From the NCBI GenBank assembly GCA_027005735.1, contig JALTLF010000103.1, positions 1 to 63,568 on the forward strand: DNA of 63,568 bases. The letters run 5' to 3'. The position numbers and the translations under genes were made by a program. Source of the stretch: Chromatiales bacterium. Lineage in GTDB: Bacteria; Pseudomonadota; Gammaproteobacteria; CAMYNG01. The notes beneath the pieces were generated by a model, which was not told the origin of the DNA, did no database searches, and saw only the letters and a program-made list of their open reading frames with translations. Below are positions 29,833-39,322 of the stretch, one piece after another (position 1 is the stretch's first letter; the number at the start of each line of letters is the position of its first letter).

Positions 29833-30414
29833 ATGCATCGCAATGATCTCCTTGCGCTCTTGCAACGCCACCATTCCCGCCACATGGACGAGGCTGCCTA
29901 TATCAGGCGCGCTATCCATCATATCAAGGATAACCCCGAAGTTTTTGATCGCTCCGCCCCAGTCCATGTAACCGGGTCGGCATGGGTTGTTAGTCCGAAA
30001 CGGGATCGGGTGCTGCTTATGCACCACCGCAAGTATGGGCACTGGTTTCAGCCGGGAGGCCATGCCGATGGCGAACCGGACGTCATTAAGGTCGCCCTCA
30101 AGGAATGCACCGAGGAGACTGGTATCGACCCCTCGAATATCCACCTTGTTCGGCGCGAAATTTTCGATGTCGATATGCATGATGTCCCGCCTATCGGTGA
30201 AATACCCGCGCATGGACATATTGATATCCGTTTTCTGGTTGAAATCGATGATAGGCTGCCTGTTCCCGGCAACAAGGAGTCCCACGAGATAAAGTGGATA
30301 CCCGTTCATGAGGTTCTCCACTACAATAATTTCCGCTCCACCTACCGCATGCTGGATAAAACCCGCTCACTTCGTCATTCCGATACGTGGGAGCCTCTCC
30401 GTCAATCATGCTGA
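29833..30414 (+). CDS. NUDIX hydrolase
   Basis: HVTGSAWVV and WFQPGGHADGE...LKECTEETGI Nudix box; starts 2 bp after the csoS1D stop. Confidence 0.9.
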   Translation: MHRNDLLALLQRHHSRHMDEAAYIRRAIHHIKDNPEVFDRSAPVHVTGSAWVVSPKRDRVLLMHHRKYGHWFQPGGHADGEPDVIKVALKECTEETGIDPSNIHLVRREIFDVDMHDVPPIGEIPAHGHIDIRFLVEIDDRLPVPGNKESHEIKWIPVHEVLHYNNFRSTYRMLDKTRSLRHSDTWEPLRQSC

Positions 30415-30452
30415 GGGCACATAACTTTTACCTGCCCGGGTGTGAGCAAGGC

Positions 30453-30779
30453 TCAGCTGCGAAATTTTACCATGCGGGTCACCTGAATCTCGCTGACAAA
30501 TACCACGCCGGAGTGCTCACTGAAAAACGGCTCTAGCCCTTCCAGTATGGGATCAACGAGATCCTCCGGAACGGCAACAAGTATCATTATCAGCACATCA
30601 TCTTCGTTGAACATCAGGTGACCTTCATGGAAACCATGGCTGCCCTTGCCGGACAGGTTGTTGACGATGGTGTAGCCGGTAACGCCAGCACGATCAAGAA
30701 TGTCAGTAGCAAAAGCCTGGTGCGCTCCTTCCAGGATAATCTCGAGTTTTTTCAGTGTATTCAGCTTATGAATGTTCAT
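30453..30779 (-). CDS. SbtB-like P-II family protein
   Basis: KKLEII, GYTIV..LSGKGSHG and SGVVFVSEIQV; start coupled to the dabA stop (TAATG). Confidence 0.75.
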   Translation of the reverse strand: MNIHKLNTLKKLEIILEGAHQAFATDILDRAGVTGYTIVNNLSGKGSHGFHEGHLMFNEDDVLIMILVAVPEDLVDPILEGLEPFFSEHSGVVFVSEIQVTRMVKFRS

Positions 30780-33700
30780 TACGCGCAATACTCCTCAGAA
30801 TAAACCGATGTCAGTTCATTGCCGACCGGCTGTGCGTGCCATTCCCCATCAATGTAGATACAGGCTTTTTCCGTTTCGGGATCAATAACTACCATGCGCA
30901 ACCAGTTGTTGCGAACCAGGTTTTTGACCGCCACTACGCTATCTATGGCACGCCGCGCATGTTCAAATGGCGCCTCGACAATTGTTATGAGCCTTATCGG
31001 CTGGTGATAAGGCTCCCCATCCCTGAATACCGTCTGCGCTGGCAGGCCGGTCCTCAAGTCGCTCAAGTTACCCGTCATAACGCCAACACGGCCGGCAACA
31101 TTGTGATAAACCTTGCTGCCACTACCATAACGTTCATTATCTACTGTTGAAAAATAATGCTCCATATTGATCCACTGACCTACCACTAGCGGCCCGGCAA
31201 AAATATTTTCCAGCAGCAGGCCGCGGCGATCCAGACGATAGTCATAGGAATGAAGAAACGCGCGACCAGCGAGCTGCAGGCGCCGCGTCAGGTTGCGACC
31301 GCCGATAATAAACCAGGCATTACCGGATAAACCCCATTCCGGCCGCACCTGAGACCAATCCAGCGATTTTACTTGCATCTTCCGATACGACGCTTCGAGG
31401 CTCTCTGCCGAACCGCTGCCTGTGTCGTTCAAGGTGGGCAGACGCTCTCTCGCACACAGGCGTGACGCTGCATTCAGAGCATTTTGCAGGCGATCAAGAT
31501 AAATCAGATGAGAACCCGGCATAAGGTCTAGGTCGTGCATCGTGATCTCGTCCGTTGTCGTGTTATGCAATGCAGGCACAAACCATGCGTCGTCCGGGAT
31601 CGCGAACCCCGTTTCATTGAGTCTTCTGCGAACCTCCGGTTTGTTGGCCATTTGTGCCAACACGCGCGCGCTTACCAATCCATGGTTCCCGCCACAGGCA
31701 CCGCAGTCAAGCGCGGATTCGTAGGGGTTGTTCTCTGAACTGCTGCCATGGCCAACCAGAAGAACGAACCTCGAGAAATCACGCGTCAAACCAATTGATT
31801 TCAGCGCGCTCCCAACAAAATTTGCCTGTTCATCCAAGGTGAAACCGATGCGCCCGAGCTCTTCCATTTGTAACTGGGAGTATGCCGGATTTATGCGATA
31901 GTCCTCACGCAGGCACTCTATTAATTTGGTAAGATCCTCCTCTGTCATACCAAGCGCAGAGGCTCGATGAAGCTCAGGCTCGGCATGGCCCATGGCCATC
32001 TCTCGAAGTTCGCGAACAAAATCATCAGTTAGGGTCGCGCTATCGATCTCTAACTCCTGCTCTACCGCCTTGGCAATCACCGCGCGTTGGACAGCACGCA
32101 CGATGGAGTCGGCCTGTTCTCGCGTTAACTTGTCGAGCATAAGCCGTGTCTTCGGCGCGTCTCTGTTCAGTTTTTGGCGCCATCTGTTATAGGCATGGGG
32201 CGTTACCGTCTTGCCAATCATATCAAATCCGAATAGCAGCCCGATCGCTTCAACGGTCACGAATGGCGTAAGAATCGACTCCTTGAGAGAATGTAGTGCC
32301 TTCTCAAGCGCGCCGAGCGTAGCTGTCGAATCAGGTACGCTCATGGGCATTTCCAGGACCATGTTCCTTGGTGTCAACAACGCAGGACAAAGGTGGATCT
32401 CACTTCCCCTGCCCAGGGCCATCAGACTCACCGGCACACCAAAGAAGCCCGCCATGCCAAATGTCTGATAATCCCCGACCGTTTCCAGCTGTCTGCGAAT
32501 GCGCTCAGACCGCGTGTCGATACAGAAAATTGCCTGTGCAAAAGGTCGCTTTTCGCGCGGCTCAGGTGGCGCCAGGCTGATTCCCTTTATCAGATCTGAC
32601 ATCGCAGCCGCTTCCATGGCTTTCAGCCAGATCATGCCCTCATGTTTTTCGAACTCCCGCAGAGTATTAAAGAGGCTGGCAAACGCCTCGTCGGGTAGAT
32701 TTTTTAGTTCCTTCGCGCCTTTCATGTGATCAAACAGGAAAGAGAGCATTTCCGCCTGCGAACGCGCATTCTCGACACGTTTGGCTGCAAAGTATTCACT
32801 GAAGAACGCGGCGGGATCCTTTTTAGCCTTGCTTAGAAGTATTTTCTCTACGCGGTGAGCCATGCATGGCAGCACTTTGCCGCTATAGTATTCTCGCCGC
32901 AGCCACGCTTCCCGGGGTTGTGTCGTTATAAGCTCCATCACTTCGTCTCTGGTTGAGGCCAGGTGGTGGCGCCCGCGTTCGCCGAGCAGTGCCAGTGCCA
33001 GCGTAAGGCGAACGGCCAAGAAATCAACCAGATCCCCCGGATACTTGTTTGCCCAGAAATAATGTCTGGCCCCGGAGCGCCAGCGGATAAATCCGGCCCA
33101 TCCATGAAGACGTGCGATTTCACGCTCGAAATACCCCATCCAGTGTTCTTCCGGGATCTTCAAGGTGCGCATAACAAAGTCGATAATATCCTCAGGTTTG
33201 GCACCTGCCGCAAGAATCTTGCTAATGTCGAGACCCCGCAAAGACAGACGCACGTTGTGCTGCGCGACCTGGCGCCAGGAGGTAAAGAATCCTTGTTCCC
33301 GGTTCGGAAGTTTCCACACGGATTGACCTTCATCGAAGAAATCCAGGCAGCTTTTTATGACCAATTCGTCCAGGCTGGTACCAAGATCAGTGCCATAGAG
33401 AATATCGATGGCCTCGTACAGGGGCTTGGTTCCAAGCAGCTCCTTCTGCAATTCCGTCGCGATTGCGTCCGGATCAGGCTCTTCGCAGTCAGCCAGTTTT
33501 TCCCCTTTAATCGTTGCCTGTATGTCCTTAACTCTGGCCGTTCCCGTATCTTTGATAACCGGCTCCTTGATTTCTGTCAAGAGGTGCATAAGAGTAGCAC
33601 GCAAATCAATTCCTGGTATTTCGTTTCGACGGGAAACAAATCTGTCTACTTCTTCCTCCAGGTGGCGTCGATCTACCATGTTCAGCGACATATATTTCTG

Positions 33701-33901
33701 ATACGCGGAGCGCTCAAGGAAACCGAGCCCATTGAACAAGCGAGTTCCCTTCTCGACTGCCTTTTCAAAAGGCATCTGTTCCAGCCCATGCAAAGGGTTA
33801 TGATGGATAAATGTACGCATGGGCCAGAAAAACGGCACCGGCTCACCCGCCACGTACACCATGCTTCTGATCTTTAGGTGTTGTCCAAGTGTCGTACTCA
33901 T
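30779..33901 (-). CDS. dabA: Inorganic carbon transporter subunit DabA (DUF2309)
   Basis: FIHHNPL, FCIDTRSE, VGHGS and DCGACGG beta-CA-like ligands; YGSGSKVYHNV. Confidence 0.93.
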   Translation of the reverse strand: MSTTLGQHLKIRSMVYVAGEPVPFFWPMRTFIHHNPLHGLEQMPFEKAVEKGTRLFNGLGFLERSAYQKYMSLNMVDRRHLEEEVDRFVSRRNEIPGIDLRATLMHLLTEIKEPVIKDTGTARVKDIQATIKGEKLADCEEPDPDAIATELQKELLGTKPLYEAIDILYGTDLGTSLDELVIKSCLDFFDEGQSVWKLPNREQGFFTSWRQVAQHNVRLSLRGLDISKILAAGAKPEDIIDFVMRTLKIPEEHWMGYFEREIARLHGWAGFIRWRSGARHYFWANKYPGDLVDFLAVRLTLALALLGERGRHHLASTRDEVMELITTQPREAWLRREYYSGKVLPCMAHRVEKILLSKAKKDPAAFFSEYFAAKRVENARSQAEMLSFLFDHMKGAKELKNLPDEAFASLFNTLREFEKHEGMIWLKAMEAAAMSDLIKGISLAPPEPREKRPFAQAIFCIDTRSERIRRQLETVGDYQTFGMAGFFGVPVSLMALGRGSEIHLCPALLTPRNMVLEMPMSVPDSTATLGALEKALHSLKESILTPFVTVEAIGLLFGFDMIGKTVTPHAYNRWRQKLNRDAPKTRLMLDKLTREQADSIVRAVQRAVIAKAVEQELEIDSATLTDDFVRELREMAMGHAEPELHRASALGMTEEDLTKLIECLREDYRINPAYSQLQMEELGRIGFTLDEQANFVGSALKSIGLTRDFSRFVLLVGHGSSSENNPYESALDCGACGGNHGLVSARVLAQMANKPEVRRRLNETGFAIPDDAWFVPALHNTTTDEITMHDLDLMPGSHLIYLDRLQNALNAASRLCARERLPTLNDTGSGSAESLEASYRKMQVKSLDWSQVRPEWGLSGNAWFIIGGRNLTRRLQLAGRAFLHSYDYRLDRRGLLLENIFAGPLVVGQWINMEHYFSTVDNERYGSGSKVYHNVAGRVGVMTGNLSDLRTGLPAQTVFRDGEPYHQPIRLITIVEAPFEHARRAIDSVVAVKNLVRNNWLRMVVIDPETEKACIYIDGEWHAQPVGNELTSVYSEEYCA

Positions 33902-34653
33902 TCTATAGCTCCCGAGCAGTACACTCCTACCACCGCAAGCCCCAAAAGGGAGATAACATTCACCAAAAGGTAGCCATGCCCAAGGTCACCAACCGCCCTC
34001 CGACCGCTACCGGAAAACAGACCCTGCAGGAGATTGGCAGCGGCCCATGTCCACAATAACCAGACACTGCCAACCGCGAACACGATGAACAGATTCGCCG
34101 GCATCGAGTTCATGATCATCAACAGGAGTGCGAAGAAAGATGGAAAAACCGGTGTTGCAATGATGCCAAGTATTACCATCACCACGATGGCCGAAAATCG
34201 GGGGGCGGATCGTGCCAGCCCTCCATACAGGCCCAGGTAGGCGGCACCAAAACGCGCTTCGAGCCAGCGACACAAAAATACCAACAAGATCAGTGGCAGG
34301 CTCATGCCCACGGCAAACAGAGCGAGGTACCGAGTATCAACTCCGTAGCCTACGCTTATCCACAAAAGGGACCAGGAAGATGTGGCAATGAAAGCCGTCC
34401 ACAGGCCGATGTCCCTCAATGCCAGGGCGCGCATAGCGTACATAAGCGCTGTCACTGTCCCCCAGAGGGGAAGCCAGCTGGGTATCTCCTCCATAAATTC
34501 GACGACCAGCACAATGCCCACCTGTGGCCACGCCAGAATGAGCAAGGCGCGCAACATTGGTCCTCCGGCACGCACGAACAGGCCGTTGAACAGCATACTC
34601 AGCGGAAACAGGGGCAGAAAAAACCCTGCCAACAGTACGATCCCCAGCTCCAT
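33898..34653 (-). CDS. Extra membrane subunit of the DAB operon (NuoM/MrpD half-antiporter-like)
   Basis: Polytopic; YGGLARSAPRF...LGIIATPVFPSF resembles the NuoM/MrpD C-terminal motif; abuts dabB and overlaps dabA. Confidence 0.7.
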   Translation of the reverse strand: MELGIVLLAGFFLPLFPLSMLFNGLFVRAGGPMLRALLILAWPQVGIVLVVEFMEEIPSWLPLWGTVTALMYAMRALALRDIGLWTAFIATSSWSLLWISVGYGVDTRYLALFAVGMSLPLILLVFLCRWLEARFGAAYLGLYGGLARSAPRFSAIVVMVILGIIATPVFPSFFALLLMIMNSMPANLFIVFAVGSVWLLWTWAAANLLQGLFSGSGRRAVGDLGHGYLLVNVISLLGLAVVGVYCSGAIE

Positions 34654-36333
34654 CTATCTCCACCTCAGGGCAACATTCAAACGCGCAGCTGTGCGGAGCA
34701 GAATCCGAGAGACCCAGGCATAGATATCGGCCAGATAAAACTCACGCGAAATCATCGCATACAAGATCAGCCGTACACGCCCAGGATCTCTACTCCCTGT
34801 CGTTCCATTTTTTTCCGAGTAGTAGGTCAACAGCCAGCCTGCTACGATGATCAGCGTCGTTGTCACGACCAGAATATCGAACCAGAAGATGTCTATACTC
34901 GAGGCATGATGCATAAGTTCCAGGAACTGCGCATCGGGATACAGGAAATTCTCGAAGACATGGCTAATGAGTGCATAACCCAACACTACGATAACAAATG
35001 ACGATAGCACCATCGCAAGCAAGCGCCCGGGTCGTTCGGTTCGCATGCGGTAAGTTGCAAAAATCAGCTGGGCGCCAGTCACCCATCCGAAGAACAATAG
35101 CACCACGGCACCCTGCTTCTGGAAAAAATCCTGCTGTACAGCTAGATGGGCAAGAACCAGCACCACAACGGGTATGACAAGTGTTACGGCGGCCATAAAC
35201 AGCCATGGCGGTTGACGTCTTGCAGGTTGTTTCTCGATCACAAATGTATAAAGTTCATCCTTTGGAATCCCGTCATCGTGTCGCGCTTCACCAATTACGC
35301 TACCGGCACCAAGAAAGAGCGCGCCTTTGAAGAGTCCGTGGGCAATCAGGTGGTATATGGCGAGCGAGAATGCGCCGACGCCACATTCCATAATCATGAA
35401 ACCCATCTGCCCCATGGTTGAGTAGCCAAGCGATTTCTTAATGTCATTTTGCGCGAGCATCAGAACCGAACCGATTACTGCCGTAACCAGCCCTACAATG
35501 AACAAAAGGTGCAAAATATCTCCTGAGTACACGAAGACGGGCGCAAAACGATTTATCAGAAACCCGCCAGCATTAACGATGCCAGCATGCATAAGCGCGG
35601 AAACGGGGGTAGGACCGTCCATCGTGTATGGCAACCAATTGTGCAGAAGAAACTGGGCCGATCTGGCGAAGGCCGCCACCGACAGGAGGATAGCGGCAGC
35701 CTGCGTCGCCGGGATACCGAGGATACTCATTGCAGCGGGTTCTTCACTCACCTGCTCGAGAAGATCCGGGATCGACCAGGTACCGTACGTATCAGCCAGA
35801 ATCACCGCAGCCAACACCAGGGCTATATCACCAAGGCGATAGGTCAGGAATGTCCAGAAAGCGTAACGCAGACTGTTCGGCCTGCAAGTGTCATGACCAA
35901 GGAGAAAATAGAGCAGTACTCCAATCAAATGCCACGCGATAAGCAGTGTAAGCAAATCCCCTGCGGCGACCATAACCAGAAGGGTGGCAGTCATCAGGTC
36001 AAGGAGCACAAAGAAACGTGCGTAGCCGGCTTCTTCCGCCATATACCTGATGGAAAACTTATGGACGATGAAGCTTATGCCGGCAATCAAGACGCCCATA
36101 ATCGCGCTTAGGGGATCTGCGAGCAGATATCCCCATGATCCAGCTATGCGTATACCAGCAAATTCATTGCCCTTCACCTCAAGCCCGAGTCCCACCAATG
36201 CCAGCAGGAATGTCAACAACGCTACCGATGTGCTTAGCCAGGCAACATGACGACGTAATTTCTCCTGGAACAGCAGAACCAGCACAGCCGAAAGGATCGG
36301 TAGAAGGGGTATTGCTGCAACCAGAAAATTCAT
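34654..36333 (-). CDS. dabB: Inorganic carbon transporter subunit DabB (NuoL-like)
   Basis: RSAQF..HNWLPYTMDGPTPVSALMHAG, DIKKSLGYSTMGQMG and HGLFKGALFL; in an operon with dabA. Confidence 0.9.
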   Translation of the reverse strand: MNFLVAAIPLLPILSAVLVLLFQEKLRRHVAWLSTSVALLTFLLALVGLGLEVKGNEFAGIRIAGSWGYLLADPLSAIMGVLIAGISFIVHKFSIRYMAEEAGYARFFVLLDLMTATLLVMVAAGDLLTLLIAWHLIGVLLYFLLGHDTCRPNSLRYAFWTFLTYRLGDIALVLAAVILADTYGTWSIPDLLEQVSEEPAAMSILGIPATQAAAILLSVAAFARSAQFLLHNWLPYTMDGPTPVSALMHAGIVNAGGFLINRFAPVFVYSGDILHLLFIVGLVTAVIGSVLMLAQNDIKKSLGYSTMGQMGFMIMECGVGAFSLAIYHLIAHGLFKGALFLGAGSVIGEARHDDGIPKDELYTFVIEKQPARRQPPWLFMAAVTLVIPVVVLVLAHLAVQQDFFQKQGAVVLLFFGWVTGAQLIFATYRMRTERPGRLLAMVLSSFVIVVLGYALISHVFENFLYPDAQFLELMHHASSIDIFWFDILVVTTTLIIVAGWLLTYYSEKNGTTGSRDPGRVRLILYAMISREFYLADIYAWVSRILLRTAARLNVALRWR

Positions 36334-36541
36334 TTCTCCGCACCCTTAGTACAGCCACGGCTACGTTATGTAGCCCGCAGTGTTATATTGGCTATGGCCA
36401 GACCGTTTCATTTACGAGGGATTTCCAGGTTTCCCTAATCCGCGAGCCTTGATCACTCCGTTTGTGATTCAGCCAGTATCCTTTACCAGGACGGCATATC
36501 TCTGACCTGGTACGGGGAAGACCATGCTCACCATAGGCGAT

Positions 36542-36749
36542 CTAAATACGTGTTCCGAATACCCGCTCACCCTGGAATAACCGGATTGCCTCGTCTGCCT
36601 GTCTCTCTCCGGGACAAGGTTTACGGACACGCGGTGCTTACGTCCCTGTACGCTCGACAGCCGCGTCCCTGCGGCTGACGGTCCGTAAACATTGCCCCGG
36701 AGAGAGTTCGGACCCGTAAACTGTAGTGGAATTCGGAACACGTATTTAG
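36542..36749. mobile_element. Palindromic MITE-like element, copy 3 (subtype B)
   Basis: Full 208-bp copy with both terminal inverted repeats, upstream of dabB. Confidence 0.85.
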
Positions 36750-36836
36750 TCACTGGCATGGTCATCACCTGCGCGCGTATGGCGTGAGTCTACACATCAC
36801 TCAGGCGTGAAGTTATTGAAATAATAGATGGAAGCG

Positions 36837-36852
36837 ATAGCCTTTCGGCTAT
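36837..36852. promoter_or_regulatory. Candidate CbbR box upstream of the dab operon
   Basis: Perfect palindrome ATAGCC-TTTC-GGCTAT in an AT-rich patch. Confidence 0.5.
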
Positions 36853-36961
36853 ATAAACGACACCGTTTCGTTAGCTGTTAAGCAATCAAAGTCACAAGAA
36901 TTTTTCGCGTCCTCTGGGGTATTGGTTAGGCAGAATTGAAAAGTTGTAAAAACAGGATGGT

Positions 36962-38161
36962 TTAGGTCCGCATCTGTCTCATCAGCTCATGCTCATCGAG
37001 GATTTCGTAGTCGTTTGTAATTACCTGCCCGGCTACGGGACTGAAATCGTTCTTCATATACTCCATGTAAGTCGGGTGAGATTTGCAGACCTCGATAACT
37101 TCTTCATGGGCTAAACGCACGAGCCAGCAGTACCGATATCGACTGGTGTCGTCCTTGGCGCGGCCGATACGTACGTCCAGCACGCCGGGTATGGTAACCA
37201 GCTTTTGTTGTCCCTTGCGCAACATGATCTGAATCACGGCGGGATCAGTCTCGTCACTGTCGTAGACGACCACATGCTCCACGTTGTTCCACATGCCACA
37301 CTGGATGAGCACCTCGGCGGCGCGCCCCGCACTGCGCCAGGCCTGCATCACGCGAGACACCTCTGTCACCATTGCTTCATGCGAACCTGCCATAAGACCT
37401 CGGTATGCGACCTCCTTTTGCAAAACGTTCTTCCCCAGAGTTGTCACGAATTTATCCGCCAGCGCGGTAAAGTAGTTAATCTTCGCCACGCCGTTATCGA
37501 TGAGCTTATGGTATTGCTGGTCGCTTAGGCCGGTGCCCCCATGAATTACTAGCGGAATTCCAACGCTTTCATTGATACGCGAAAGCCGACTGTAGTCGAG
37601 GCGTTTCTTGCCGTTAGCCTGTCCATGTACGGTGCCGATTGATATCGCCAGGAAATCTACACCGGATCGCTCCACATAGACCTTCGCCTCACTTGCGGAC
37701 GTCTGTACTGGCTGGTTACCTTCACCGTCACGCGGACTCATCCCTGCAACATGACCCAGCTCGCCTTCGACAGGAACACCGCAACCATGCGCGAGTTTCA
37801 CGGCCTCGCGTGTTCTCTCGATATTCCGTGGAAGCTCCTCATGAGAACTGTCGAACATCACGACATTACAACCGAGCCGAATGGCGGACTGGACGGATGC
37901 CACACTTTCGCAGTGGTCCATGCTCACCGCCACCGGGACACTGGAGCGTTTCGCAGCTGCCAGCACCGCAGGCATCAGCAATTCGGCGTCGAACATGTCG
38001 AAGTGAGGTTCGACCACGTTCAGAATCACGGGCGACCTTGCCTGCTCCGCGGCGTAGATCACCGCTCGCAGGAACTCTAGGTTGACTACTTCAAATGCCC
38101 CGACTGCGTAATGATTGTCGTAGGCATGGCAAAGCAGATCTCTGGTATTGACCAACGCCAT
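36962..38161 (-). CDS. Class II fructose-bisphosphate aldolase fused to a C-terminal Dabb (stress A/B barrel) domain
   Basis: YAVGAFE, SMDHC, VEGELGH, ISIGTVHG, LVIHGGTG and AKINY; C-terminal VEHVVVY..IPGVLDVRIG..HPTYMEY. Confidence 0.85.
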   Translation of the reverse strand: MALVNTRDLLCHAYDNHYAVGAFEVVNLEFLRAVIYAAEQARSPVILNVVEPHFDMFDAELLMPAVLAAAKRSSVPVAVSMDHCESVASVQSAIRLGCNVVMFDSSHEELPRNIERTREAVKLAHGCGVPVEGELGHVAGMSPRDGEGNQPVQTSASEAKVYVERSGVDFLAISIGTVHGQANGKKRLDYSRLSRINESVGIPLVIHGGTGLSDQQYHKLIDNGVAKINYFTALADKFVTTLGKNVLQKEVAYRGLMAGSHEAMVTEVSRVMQAWRSAGRAAEVLIQCGMWNNVEHVVVYDSDETDPAVIQIMLRKGQQKLVTIPGVLDVRIGRAKDDTSRYRYCWLVRLAHEEVIEVCKSHPTYMEYMKNDFSPVAGQVITNDYEILDEHELMRQMRT

Positions 38162-38291
38162 TCACAAGCCTGCAAAAATGTTATCCGGCAGCAGGGTTCC
38201 ACCGCGTACTTCGTCCGCGGCAACCCCGGCATGGACAGAAAGAATGCAAGGCTTTTGGTACTAATTAAAATCAGGTTTACGTATGCCACTC

Positions 38292-38307
38292 ATAGATGAA
38301 AAGTTAT
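38292..38307. promoter_or_regulatory. Candidate CbbR box in the aldolase/carbonic anhydrase divergent region
   Basis: ATAGATGAAAAGTTAT (ATAR-N8-YTAT). Confidence 0.45.
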
Positions 38308-38596
38308 GGAAGTTCATGGCTCACTCTGGTGCATGACGGTACGCCTGACAGGGATTTCCAGACGGCTTTCGAAATCATGATTCGCGGATTTTCCGGCGCA
38401 GCCATGCAAACCCCGCGTGTCGTGCGACTCTCCGACCCGCCAGAATCTCAGCGTGAAGCGACCTGTTGCGCATCGGGCGTCCCCGCCAGGTACGTATGAC
38501 GAGAGAAAGGCCTGATGTTTGGCAAGGGCTTCAAATCATCATATAATGGGGGGTTTTTGGGGGAGAGGCCCTAGGCGACAAACCGGAGTTTTGAAG

Positions 38597-39211
38597 ATGA
38601 TTTCTGCAGATGAGGCATTACAGCGGCTACGCGAGGGAAACGCGCGCTTCGTATCGGGTCACCGCCGTGGGGACCCGCTGGTCGATCCCGTGCACAAGGG
38701 CAGCCTGATCAGTGGTCAGAACCCTTTTGCCATCATCCTTGGGTGTTCCGACTCGCGGGTCCCGGCTGAGATCATCTTCGACCAGGGACTGGGGGATCTG
38801 TTCGTTATCCGCGTCGCAGGAAATATCGTCGCGCCCTCGCAAATCGGCTCGGTGGAATTCGCTGCCGCGCGCTACGGCACACCCCTGGTGGTAGTCCTGG
38901 GACACTCCATGTGCGGTGCAGTAATGGCGACCATCGACGACCTGGAGCATCCGGCCGAGAACACATCCAAAAACGTGCTGTCAATCGTGAACCGCATCCG
39001 CCCAACGGTGGAGCCGCTGTTTCATACCGATCTGAGAAAGGAGCCGGACAAGCTGCTGCAAACGGCCATTCGCGCGAACATTCTAGCCGCGACCAATCAT
39101 CTGCAACACGGCTCGCAGATGCTGGAGCAGCTCATCCAGCAGTGCCAGTTAAAGATCGTCGGTGCCGAGTATTCTCTTGAAACCGGCAAGGTGGAATTTT
39201 TCGAGAATTGA
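38597..39211 (+). CDS. Beta-class carbonic anhydrase
   Basis: LREGNARF, ILGCSDSRVP, RVAGN and VLGHSMCGAV. Confidence 0.93.
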   Translation: MISADEALQRLREGNARFVSGHRRGDPLVDPVHKGSLISGQNPFAIILGCSDSRVPAEIIFDQGLGDLFVIRVAGNIVAPSQIGSVEFAAARYGTPLVVVLGHSMCGAVMATIDDLEHPAENTSKNVLSIVNRIRPTVEPLFHTDLRKEPDKLLQTAIRANILAATNHLQHGSQMLEQLIQQCQLKIVGAEYSLETGKVEFFEN

Positions 39212-39322
39212 GAAAAACATGCGTCGTGAATTCAACTTGTAAGTGCAGCTCTACGTGAAGACAAGTGGGCAAGCTGCGGTAGGATTTTGGCTTGTCTCAC
39301 CGCCAAGTAAGAGGAAGCACAC

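Noticed and set aside
34654-36333. Respiratory complex I NuoL or Mrp antiporter
   Set aside because: No other nuo or mrp genes, and it is coupled to DUF2309 DabA.
38296-38596. 67-aa ORF and N-terminal extension of the carbonic anhydrase
   Set aside because: No motifs or clear RBS; overlaps the divergent control region.
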